The notes under the pieces are model-generated. The model did no database searches, was not told the DNA's origin, and worked only from the letters and a program-made list of their open reading frames with translations. Shown piece after piece: positions 30,933 to 41,351 of a DNA stretch of 64,000 nt; within the stretch, counting starts at the first letter, position 1; each line of letters starts with the position of its first letter. The stretch spans positions 310,001 to 374,000 of the IMG/VR virus record IMGVR_UViG_3300029893_000001. One strand, 5' to 3'. Made by a program: the position numbers and the translations under genes.

Positions 30933-31603
30933 GCTTGACCTCCTCGCTACTTACTATCGGCAGGGTTCAAGGTTCATGAGTCTGCTCCTTCAACCCACCA
31001 TGTGTAGTTGCAAGCCAAGCAGACGTACTTGTAGTCTTCATATCCACCACATGACGATTCCCACATTCGACAAATGGCTTCCCTCTGCTCGCACTTTCGG
31101 CAGCAGTATTTCTCCTCTTCCGGAGGAGAAAAGGTTCCGCTTAATTCTGACATGGGTTTGTTGTGCATCAGGCACCTACCACAACAATAGGCTTATACTC
31201 AAACACCGTTAGGAAATGGTAGGCTTTCGAGTCACCAACCTGGCCTTCGTAGATCTTTTCCTCTGGCTTTAGGTCTCGACCGAAAAAGGTGCCACGAACC
31301 CTACTAATATCCGCAGCATTGGGCTTCTTGACTTTGTTCCCGTCGCGACGGTAAGCGATCACGTGATAGCTGACTTTCTTCACGTCCGAGTCTTGGATGT
31401 GAAGAGGAGACACACAGGCCAACACGTGTAGGTTTTGCCCCCGCATGTGAAATTGGTTTGTGAGTCTTCCCTCGTACTCAGTCTCCTCGCCCTGGATCCA
31501 CACACGCGAATCCAGTTCATCGGGTAGAACTCCGGCCAGTGCTTCTCCGACCCATTCGCCATCCTGTTCAGTCGCAGCGATTGATACAGTCATTTTATTC
31601 CAC

Positions 31604-32260
31604 CTACTTTCTAGGTCCCGTGCGTTCGTCATGAATTACGACAGAGCGCTCTGGCACCAAAGTTAAGATCTCGTCTGAGACGTTACGTCGGGCCTGCTGC
31701 TCGTACTTGTCTCGAAAATGTTGAGACAGGTAAATCTGATCTCGTGCAAGAAGACCAAGAAGAATACGACGCCTCCCTTCACGGAAGGTATTTTCGTCTA
31801 GAAAAGCGTACTCTCTTCGAATCTTCTGTGTGTAATCTAGGTATTCCGCCTCAGAACGTCCTAGGATCGCTAGATCGATGTCGAGGAAGTAGGAGAACAG
31901 ATGAGTATGTTCCCACGTATAATCAGGAATTTGATGATCGGATGTCGACATGATCATGTCGTACACAAGGTGAATGGGGACACTCTCTACGCCACCAGGA
32001 TAAAGAAGATCCGCGCTATTACACTCGTTGACACCCGGAGGGGCTTGTGGGTCATAGACCGCGTCGTGGAACCAAATCGCAGCCTCCAACACGGAGGCCT
32101 CATCGTCAGAGACGAAAGGACGCACATCATGCAGCTCTCGAAGACAGTGCATGATATGGTCAAGATTGTGGTAATGACGATGGGGCTCGGTGTAGAGCGT
32201 TACCAGGTGGGCTCGTTGCGCAAGCGTAAGCATCCTATGCTGTTTACACAGCGTGCTCAC
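31604..32260 (-). CDS. HD-domain metal-dependent phosphohydrolase
   Basis: RHYHNLDHI, WFHDAVYDP, NECNSA, DIDLAILG, IRREY. Confidence 0.88.
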   Translation of the reverse strand: MSTLCKQHRMLTLAQRAHLVTLYTEPHRHYHNLDHIMHCLRELHDVRPFVSDDEASVLEAAIWFHDAVYDPQAPPGVNECNSADLLYPGGVESVPIHLVYDMIMSTSDHQIPDYTWEHTHLFSYFLDIDLAILGRSEAEYLDYTQKIRREYAFLDENTFREGRRRILLGLLARDQIYLSQHFRDKYEQQARRNVSDEILTLVPERSVVIHDERTGPRK

Positions 32261-33981
32261 GCTTCATGCAATGCGGACATTTTAGACGGACCGTCTTAGG
32301 ACGTTCGGTGAATGTTCCATCAACACCCCAGCCCCCATTTTGCAGAGCATCTAGGATATCTTGTCCTGTTTCTTGCGGGGATTCCATCGAGAAGGGCTGG
32401 ACACTGTGACAGCGCGGCTCGTCGCAACGAGCATGCATCGTGATAGACATTATTCACCTCCGTCAGTTCATTATTCACCATCCAGAATAGCGCAGAGATC
32501 ACCCCCAATCACTGGAGGCGTCCGACCTCTTTGCCGTCAACTGGAATTAAGATACCTTTTGGGAGGACAGGAACATCCGAGAAGGCGTTGTCTACCTCCC
32601 CTCCTTGTCCAAATCGCTCATCAATTACTGATTCAAGCTGCTTCGGGCTGAAGCGAATGCATAAAGGATTAGGGCATTCAGCGGTAGAGAACCCTACGTA
32701 TGCATCGTTCGCACCACAGGTGGGACACTTCATCTTGCTCACCCAGAACAAAGAAATTCAAAGGTTTCGTTCTCTTCGTCGAAGAGAATAGCGGTAGTAT
32801 AGAGCAATTCATAGGATGAGCCATGTAACTCAACCTGGACCTGGTAGGTGGTCTCGTTGGACGACGTTAACGTAGCCGTGAACGGCTTGCCAGATACTGT
32901 AGCGAAGGCCCTATCACCTTTGGGCACCTCGAATCTAGTAAGGGTGATGGACTCACCTTCAACAGAGTGGCATAGCTCAACATAGAGAGGATTCGTTGTA
33001 GTCTTGATGGTTATCATCTCGACAATTTCAGGATTCTCTATGACGATTATACGGGCCTTCAATTCTTCGACATAGCGAAGGCCGGGTACTGTCTTCCCTA
33101 GACATGCGTCTTTGTGCCTCTGCGAGAAATAGAGACAAGCGGCGTTGACGCACTCAATCGTGAAGCCTGAATTGTAGACTTCTTCCGCACTGCAAAAGGG
33201 ACACTGTGCCACACTACTCTCCACTACCTAAGCGGTAGAATTGACCACGTTTGATCATTCGCGCCAAACGTTGGCGGTATGACTCTTCAGATTCGCTGTC
33301 TCTACGAGGAATGACTTCGCTTGCCAGATCAACTGCCAGGCACCAAATTGAATTGGTGCAATGCGTAATTGGAGTACCTACAGTCCTAGCGTCGCGTCCT
33401 TCTCCCACCGTGCACGGTCGGCTCGATCTCGCTCTTAGCCGGCGGCCGAGGGCGGGCTGGGAGCCAAGAACGCCGTCAGGCGATCCGTGCCCGCGGTCAC
33501 GGCCTCGTGGGCTCCGGCGCGGGCTCGTCGAGTGCCAACTTTGCCACCTCAAACAGCCGCGCCCATAAGGTCGCTTCGTCGCCCTTTTCCGGGCGGGGCT
33601 TCCTGACTTCCGTGCAGAATACGCAACAACACTCTAATTCTGCAGTTGTCCAGACTAAGTCGTCGTACTTAGGCATATCCGTCCTCGATATCCCATTTAC
33701 ATCGGGTGCAGTACGAGTTACATCGGGTGCAGTACGAGTCTTCGGTGTGAAAAAGACCTATTCCACATTTGGTACAGTTGCGAGTAGCTTTTGCTCTGGT
33801 TGAGCATGCGATACACTGCCAATCAAAAGGCTTTGGCTCTCCCGCGTCGATTGCTGCAGCTCGAACTCGTGAACACGTACATCCGTTCGGGTCTGAAAAA
33901 CATATCCGTTCCCGCCGCTTAAAAATGAGATTCGTGCGCCGCGGGATTGCACGAAACTAAAGCGTGGCTTAATGTCCATGC

Positions 33982-34173
33982 GTGCGCGGGGCGACCGCCA
34001 GCTCGCCCGACTGGGACCGCCTCTTCGAGATCGCGGCCGCCCAGGATGGGCTCTTCACGACGCGGCAGGCGGCCGAGGCCGGCTATTCGCCGCAGCTGCT
34101 CGCGCACCATCTGGGCGCCGGACGCGTGATCGAGGAACCCTCCCGCGCGCCAGCGGTGAGCATTGGGGAGTGA
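33982..34173 (+). pseudogene. truncated AbiEi-type (type IV TA) antitoxin N-terminal domain
   Basis: LFEIAAAQDGLFTTRQAAEAGYSPQLLAHHLGAGR then loses similarity; locally GC-rich, opposite strand. Confidence 0.7.
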
Positions 34174-34195
34174 CCCCGACGAAAAATGAAGTAGA

Positions 34196-34274
34196 TGGAC
34201 TAGGCGGGAGTTGAACGCCGCACGACGCCCAGGGTTGCCCGGAAGCATTGCCCCGAACGCCATCCCTCTAGCCC
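34196..34274 (-). ncRNA. tRNA-like mini-RNA resembling the tmRNA tRNA-like domain
   Basis: Acceptor GGGCTAG/CTAGTCC with G3-U70 and A73, T-loop TTCAACT, 13-bp internal helix, no D arm. Confidence 0.55.
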
Positions 34275-34483
34275 TGAACCCTTATCTGTTCTTGCGCTGG
34301 GACTTTCGGGCCATCTTCCGGCGCTTCCGGTTCTGAGCCTTCCGCTTCTGCATTTGCCTCATACGGGACGCTGTGGTTACCCCAGTTTCGTACGCCTGAA
34401 CGTCAGTTGTGGTATCCTGCGCCTCTTCCGCTAGGCTGTCCTGAAGATTTGCGTTCGTGATGTTGTCGGGAACATGCATTTCA

Positions 34484-35029
34484 CTAACCTATTCGTCTAA
34501 GAGAGGGTTCGCCTAAGAGGTGAATGGCTCTTTCCACGTTTTTTCTCGTAATTCCCACCCGGGAATCGGTCTGCACGAGGAACTGCTCTCGTGGGATACG
34601 AGTGCAGCGAACGAGCCGATCCCAATCATGCTCCTGGTCATCCAGGACCACAAACTTCTCTACCTGGTCGACAAAAGCCCACATGAAGAGGAAGTCGTAA
34701 ATCTCGTCCGCACGAGTTGTTTCCTCGTACACGCTCCCATCTTCATTCGTCGTCCACTGCAGGAGAGGCGTTGCTGCCAACACGGGGCGCAGCCCGGCCC
34801 GAGCCAGTACGACGCTCATTCTGGGGTCGGACCGGGTACTACTCGACAGTATGATATCCGCTCCCGTCTGGTCTACGATTTCGTTGACCAGCAGGACTTT
34901 GGACGGGTCGATCCACCGGACGAGATCATCAATCGTGGACTTGAGGTCCGGGACCAAATTGTTTCTTCGCCCCCAATCGACATCGTTGAGGACGCCGTCT
35001 ACATCAAGGAAGAGAAACTTGAGACTCAT
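34484..35029 (-). CDS. HAD-family phosphatase (Swiss-Army-Knife RNA-repair type)
   Basis: FLDVDGVLN, ILSSST, RADEI, VVLDD. Confidence 0.85.
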   Translation of the reverse strand: MSLKFLFLDVDGVLNDVDWGRRNNLVPDLKSTIDDLVRWIDPSKVLLVNEIVDQTGADIILSSSTRSDPRMSVVLARAGLRPVLAATPLLQWTTNEDGSVYEETTRADEIYDFLFMWAFVDQVEKFVVLDDQEHDWDRLVRCTRIPREQFLVQTDSRVGITRKNVERAIHLLGEPSLRRIG

Positions 35030-36530
35030 GCACGTTTCCAGTCGTCCGTGCGGACCAACTCAACGATACGATATTCCGCGTCCGTTCCTGCGCGCTTCCA
35101 GCCATCCTGGGTCTTGACATACCACACGGTGCCTCTGCCTCGGTACGTTCTGACGCTAGCATGGTTTCCGATGGAAACCTCGATGCTCAGTTCCTGTTCA
35201 CCGGTGCCCAGAAACCGTCGGCTCAGAAGCTGCCAATGCGCGGCCTCTGCCAACACCGCTCCACCTGCGCGGAGGATAAACCGCACCGCGAACACAGCGA
35301 GGAGAGCCACGCCGCAGACAAGCAAAATGGCGGCGATCGTGTCAGCCACAGGAATCTGTCTCTATGTAATAGAAATTAGGGTCTGTGACGCGATGCATCT
35401 CCGGCAGAAAATCCACCAAAATTCGAGTCTGGCCGATTTGAGCCCAGTCAAAGGGTCGGTCCCGTTCGTCCACGTCCTCCACCATTTCCATGACAATGGG
35501 GTCGTAGATCAACTCCTCCCACGCTTCGAACGACATCACGACACGCTTGACGCCATCGATGCTCCCGATGAACTCGAAAGTGTCAGTGAATTCCACGGCG
35601 CGACCGGTCGCCTTGATCTGCCGTAGCTCTTCACTCCGTGCTGGCCACAAGTCCAGATCCAGCGGGCCCACCAGACTCTGGAGTTTTTGTAAGAGACTCA
35701 GATTCATCGTACGTACTTTTGGTTCAGGGCGGTAAGAAAAGAGTCTTCGAGATAAGCGTCGCGATCGGCGCAGAACTCCTCGTACTCTGGAGTTCCTTTT
35801 GCCGGCCACGGAATTTGGTCTTCGGGTATCGGTTCTTGTGGAGTGAACGCCGGCTCCCCGGTTTTGGCGAGAACCACGTCAGTACGAAGGCAGTCACTGC
35901 ACGTCAGGAACATGCCGAACGGCAGCTTCTTCTTGCAAAAGCGGAAGCACCAGGGGCACCGAGTGAAGTACCCGTTCTCCGCCGCGCGTGTTTTCCACTG
36001 ATCCATCACGGAAAGCTCTCAATCAATTCTGCTTTTCCTGCTTTGATAGGATTTCGCCTACGTGCAGCTCGGGCGCTTATCTTGCGGGACCCTGTTCGGG
36101 TACTCGTTGCGAGTACTGTTCGGCGTGCCCAGACCCAGTCTTTACCAAACTTGAACCCGATCTCAGCCCCCGTGTGCATCCGGAAGGTGGATCGCTTTGA
36201 CGCCGCTTTCCCCCGGACCAGTCCGAGAGTTGACGGGTTCTTTCCGCCCACGATGACTCCGACTGAGCCGTCGTGATGATGGTACGCACGAACTACTTTC
36301 ATGATACACCCCAGACACACGCAGCCGCTGTTGGTGCGCTCATCTCGTCTTTACTGTGCAAGTGCTTACTTGAGGCTACGGTCGTCTTTTGCCGAGAAGT
36401 AAGCAGAACCGAGCATGTACAACACCACAAACCCGATTATAGCAAGTGGTGTGGTAACGGCGACGTAGATTAGGGCCAGCGCGTGAATCCAGTCCATGGG
36501 TCCTCCCCACTTAAATAGGGGAGTTAGGAC

Positions 36531-37256
36531 TCAGTCCTCATCTTCGTAGCTTTCTTCCTCGGGAAACTTTCCGTAGACTTTCTTGTAAACAGCGCGGGCA
36601 CGCGATTCGTTCTTGGCAGGACGGAATTCCTCATACGTATTTACAGTAGAACTGTATACGCCCTCGCCCGCGAAGGCGTCACCCTCATCGTACGTAGCGA
36701 TCGTAAATGTGAGGGTAGGGTACATGAGGAGGAGCTTTTCGAAGATCGGCGCCGGGAAACTCCAAGCTGTCTGAAATTCGAACAGGAATTGGCCACCAGG
36801 GACATCATGCAAATGTACCTTGACCTCGTACGAACTCCACTTCGTTCCCCAGTGTGCCTTGTTCCACTCATACCAGTCTGTGAAACCTGTCGCGTCGTAT
36901 GCCTGGGCGCTTTTCTCTCCGGCTAGAACGGCCTGTGGCTTCTCTTTCTTGAGCCACTCAAGGAACTCTTCGCGACTGTTTATGAAGGCAGGGGCGGCAC
37001 GAGGATACTCTGCCCTGAATTGCTCCCACGAGATAGGCGATGGCTTTCTGGCCAAAAATCCAGCGTAGAGCCCCCGAAGAGCATACAAGCCCATCTGGGC
37101 GTGCGTACTCGATTCAGTTCCTTCAATCTCCGGTGGTGTTGGGATGATCTTGTTGAAGTCAAAGGGCTCATCCCCTTCGAAAAGGTCAGCCCTGAACTTG
37201 GCTACGTCTTCACTCGGTCCCGAGACGGCACATTGCGTCGTAACGTGATTCGGCAT
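36531..37256 (-). CDS. DUF1281/YubB-like protein
   Basis: MPNH, FDFNKIIP, DWYEWNKAHWGTKW, FQTAWSFP. Confidence 0.8.
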   Translation of the reverse strand: MPNHVTTQCAVSGPSEDVAKFRADLFEGDEPFDFNKIIPTPPEIEGTESSTHAQMGLYALRGLYAGFLARKPSPISWEQFRAEYPRAAPAFINSREEFLEWLKKEKPQAVLAGEKSAQAYDATGFTDWYEWNKAHWGTKWSSYEVKVHLHDVPGGQFLFEFQTAWSFPAPIFEKLLLMYPTLTFTIATYDEGDAFAGEGVYSSTVNTYEEFRPAKNESRARAVYKKVYGKFPEEESYEDED

Positions 37257-37266
37257 TTCAGTTCTC

Positions 37267-37851
37267 CTAAACGCGGCTGCGCAGGTACGCCCAGCGCTCT
37301 TCGAACATGGATTGGAAGGCTGTTTCTAGTGGTCGGGGCTCTGTCATCACGACCTCGTAAATCTTACGGGCGGCGAGGAAGTCGTAGATTCGGCCCGACT
37401 CTACAATTTGGATCGCAAAGTCCAACACCCGGAAAGCGTGGTAGACTCTCTCAGGATCATTGATTCGAATGCCCTTGGAGTAATCCGCTTGTGCCTTTTC
37501 TAGCGCAGAAAAGACCACCCGCTCTCGATGGGCATCATCTTTGACCTTGAAGGTCTCGAATTCCACCAGACGCTTGAGTATGTGGGACGAAGGAGCAAAT
37601 ACGCACTCCAGCGAGAAGATGTTCCCGTTCCGGAGGCTGTCTTGGAACGAGGAGATTCCTCGAACGATGACATCAATTCCAGTGCCACGAGCTAAGTCGT
37701 CTCGGGTGCAGTCAGCCAAGACCACCACGTAATCACGGTCCGATTCCGGCGTAGCCGTTCCGTACACCTGGCTCCCAACGCGAAACGCCGCGAGGACTTC
37801 CTTATCCTCACGGCGTGCAACATGAAGCACCTGTTGGTATTCAGGTTCCAT
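37267..37851 (-). CDS. Pol-beta-family nucleotidyltransferase
   Basis: GSQVYGTATPESDRD; C-terminal YHAFRV. Confidence 0.85.
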   Translation of the reverse strand: MEPEYQQVLHVARREDKEVLAAFRVGSQVYGTATPESDRDYVVVLADCTRDDLARGTGIDVIVRGISSFQDSLRNGNIFSLECVFAPSSHILKRLVEFETFKVKDDAHRERVVFSALEKAQADYSKGIRINDPERVYHAFRVLDFAIQIVESGRIYDFLAARKIYEVVMTEPRPLETAFQSMFEERWAYLRSRV

Positions 37852-38237
37852 TGTTCCACTCAGCCCTGCCGCCAGTGTCCTGCCAGCGCAATTGGGTCTC
37901 GAAATGGTCGTCTCCATCCCACCGAGGAGCAAATGCTGCAAACACACCTACCCGACGACCTGTTGTCTTCTGCACGTAAGGAAACAGCTCACCTCGACGG
38001 TAAGCCCAAACCCCTCCGTGAATACGCCTGAGGTGTTCGATGATTCGCCCGCCTAACCACCTACGTCTCGTCAGCACGGCGTCACCAAAAGACGAAGAAT
38101 TCGAGCCAGAAGAATGATAGCCCTACCGAGAAATTTCCTTTGTCAACCCGCACCCAATGCGACCTACGCTGAGTCCACCAACGCGGGCACCACTGAACTA
38201 CGAATTCACACCCAAGAAGAGCAAGTCGCATATCAAT

Positions 38238-38627
38238 TCAACGGAGGTCTCTGTATAGTTCGAGAATCGCGTTGTCGTTCATAGTGATATACTGGTCGAA
38301 GGGAAACCAGTGGATGCCACGTACGTACTCTGGCATGAATCCAACTTGCTGGTTGTAACAGTCGACCACGACAATGGGATGTTCGTTGTCCTGAAGCTCT
38401 GAGGAAATTCCGAAGCCGGTTTCCTCTTCTTCGGAGCCGCGAGTCATGGCATTGAACACCATTCGAGCAAGGTAGGCAGGGTCATCCCACCTAGCCTTTC
38501 GCTGAAGCACGTTCTGCACGATGACTGGAAGCTCGGACCCTAACCAGTGGGTGTAGAGGAATACACCGTTCTTGGACTCGGGTATGGAACCTCGCTTCGG
38601 GAAAAACACATTTGCACGGTCGCCCAT
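38238..38627 (-). CDS. conserved phage hypothetical protein
   Basis: MGDRAN..LYTHWLG..RWDDPAYLAR; AGGAGG SD; promoter motif at 38681. Confidence 0.7.
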   Translation of the reverse strand: MGDRANVFFPKRGSIPESKNGVFLYTHWLGSELPVIVQNVLQRKARWDDPAYLARMVFNAMTRGSEEEETGFGISSELQDNEHPIVVVDCYNQQVGFMPEYVRGIHWFPFDQYITMNDNAILELYRDLR

Positions 38628-39066
38628 GATGAACCTCCTTACAGAGATTTAGTCGCAGCCCGGCTGGAGACTACTCTTCTGTACTATCGTTAGGGTTCGA
38701 CCGGCCACGGGCCTCCAGATCGTCAGCGAGAGCTGCGTAGAGGTTCTCCTCGTCGTCGGTGACCGCCCGGTTTCCAGGCCACGCATTCAGGCTCTCGGAC
38801 GAGCGAGCCTGCTCTGCAGGACAGGGGTACATCCCTCGTTGTGGGGGCTCACCCGTGAACGAGATCCTCTTATCGATTCGATCTTGCTGCAACTCCGGAT
38901 GCATATCGCAATACTTGCATTTGCCTGGTGCGTGAAGGATTCGATTGTCACAGTGCGGAAATTGGGCCATCATCCTCACCTCCGTGAGACTAAGATTGGG
39001 CTGGTCTGAACTGAGTCTGCCCGTTCGAACGCCGTTTCTGTAGACCTCTCGGTTACTCATAATCTC

Positions 39067-39492
39067 TCACACTCCCATGAAGTAGCGGGCCGGCTCGCGG
39101 CCGACGATCGGCGTTACCTTGTTCCAGAATTCAAGCGACGCGTCGTTCCATGCAGTTCCGCGCAGGACGGCAGACGGGTAATACGATCGGGCTGCCTCTA
39201 CCAGGCTTCTACCTATGCTCCGTCGTCGGCTCTTTCGGTCCACATACACGCCGATGCGTGTGACGCCCCCACGAATTTGAGGCCTGCGCGCAAGAAGAAT
39301 GCCATGGACGCCGCCTCGTGGTCCCTCGACGTAAAACATCCGAATGCTCTTCTTGTCTCCGGTCTGTTTTACATGGGCTTCATGACCTGAGAAGTCACCA
39401 TTTTTCAGTCGCAGACGTTGGATCGCCTTTGCTAGGCGTTCATCCTGAAGGGCGTCAGCGAGCCATAAAGACTTCACAGAAACGGCGCTCAT
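39067..39492 (-). CDS. GNAT-family acetyltransferase
   Basis: VYVDRKSRRRSIGRSLV (motif A variant), NDASLEFWNK. Confidence 0.7.
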   Translation of the reverse strand: MSAVSVKSLWLADALQDERLAKAIQRLRLKNGDFSGHEAHVKQTGDKKSIRMFYVEGPRGGVHGILLARRPQIRGGVTRIGVYVDRKSRRRSIGRSLVEAARSYYPSAVLRGTAWNDASLEFWNKVTPIVGREPARYFMGV

Positions 39493-40958
39493 CGCTGAAT
39501 CCTCTCTGCGAACAGAAACTTGAACCCCTCCATGGGGACGAGGTTGAACTCAGATCCACAATGGTCGCACTTCACGTTGACCGCCATGCCGCCGCGGGGC
39601 CCCACCATCAACTCTCCGGTCTCACAATCGGGACAGTGGCCCCTGCTCTTCTCAATGAAGTGCTTTTACCACTGTGTGAGCGTGCCTGATGTAGAACGCT
39701 TTTCTCTGGGGCTGTCGAGCCGACTAATAATGTAGAACGCTTCTTTTCCGGGGCTTTCGAGCCGAACAGAGAACGAAACCACGAAACTACGTGCATACTG
39801 CTTCTCCAGACAAGTTCAGTACCAGTACGAGAATTGAATGGCACGCTTAAAGACGTGCAGGGTGATCCGGTGCAGGGTGATCCGGAAGCACCGGTCACCC
39901 TGCCAATCCTCTGCGGGAGCTACTTGAAAGTAGAAAAGCCGATTACTCGACCAAGTACGGAACCCATTCTCTTGCCATGATTTCATGGCTGCCACTATCG
40001 GCAGGGTTCGTCACTCTAAAAGTCGACCTGGCTCTGCTTGAAGCTCCAAGTGAGCCAAGCGTGCATTTCATCATGGTCCCAGATCGTCTCGTCTCGGATG
40101 AAAGCCTGCCATTCTTCAGCCGTAGCCGGGCGTATAGCCCCCTTCAACTTCTCGTCGTAGTCGTCCCCCTCAAGGTTTCGAATCCATCCTCCACTGACAC
40201 TGCCACTCCAGACGTAAGTGCCGTCGAGGGGATGCTCTCCTACCATCTCTTCGGCTACATCTCTGGCAATCATGCCTTCGAGGTAATAGCTAATCGCTGT
40301 TCCCTGATAGTAGAGAATGTGCGGTACTCCGAACTGGACGATCACGAGCGCTTTGCTCGGAACAAACGGCTCCTTGTTCGTGTCTTCGTTCGTGGAAGGT
40401 GCGTTATCGAGGGAGGCGAGAAGAGTTGTCCTCTTCTCCTCACGGATTTCTTCTGCGGCCCGGTCCAAATCGAATTCAAATACACCACTCATGTTGTGCT
40501 CGACACTCCTTTCCGAACGAACAACCTCCCACGTACCCCCGTTCAAGGAGTCCTAGGGAAAGGAACTTGAAAACGGCCTCGGCCTGCGGTCTAGTACCCG
40601 CCGTGGAGGGAGCCGTCCATGATCAAGGCATTGAGTCTAAACGTCGTGCGAATCGAGCTGCAAGACCGAGAGGCAGACTCCGCAATCGTCTTTACAAAGG
40701 AAGGACCTGAGGCCACGTGGCGGATGATCGGGTATCAACAGTGGTCCGACCTATCTCGGAGACAACGCACCCTCATCATGACAGACATGATGACGAGCAG
40801 TGTCTTGGCCGTGATCGGCAAGTTCGTCGACACACGCCAAGAACGCCTCACTGTGGCTGAGACGTCACTCTCTGGCGTCGCGGAGCCAGTGACAAGTCCG
40901 CAGACGGTAGCAAGAAAATGAGGTACCACTGCGGCGGACGTCTACACTAGGAGATAAC

Positions 40959-41351
40959 TCACAGCACCTTCGAGTTGCCGACCGTCGAGTGGAAGCAGTC
41001 GGCGCCGTCAGGTGGACGGGTGAGTCGGTAGCTCGGAGGCAGCCCTAGCTCCAGTCGAATCTCCGTGAGGCGGTCCGAATAGCAGTTGAACCACCAGTAC
41101 ACATCATTGTGGTGGAGAAAAGTTTCGTAGGAAAACTCCACCATCGTACCCTGATATTTGCCCCATGCCTCTGTTTTAGGCTTTTCTCCGCGAACGACGG
41201 TGATGTGGGGCGGGTACTTTTGGGGTCGGCAGACATAATAGGGAGGCACCAAAGACCGCAGAAAACGGTGCAGCTCTGGGTCGACAAGAACCACCAAGCG
41301 GTAGTAGTCGTCTTTCACACAATAGTCGAGGGCCCCCAAACTAAGATGCAT
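40959..41351 (-). CDS. 2H phosphoesterase-like protein
   Basis: Two HxT motifs, PHITVV and FHSTVG, in 130 aa. Confidence 0.7.
   Translation of the reverse strand: MHLSLGALDYCVKDDYYRLVVLVDPELHRFLRSLVPPYYVCRPQKYPPHITVVRGEKPKTEAWGKYQGTMVEFSYETFLHHNDVYWWFNCYSDRLTEIRLELGLPPSYRLTRPPDGADCFHSTVGNSKVL

Noticed and set aside
34520-35626. 368-aa plus-strand ORF
   Set aside because: Antisense to three coupled minus-strand genes including a clear HAD phosphatase; no motifs
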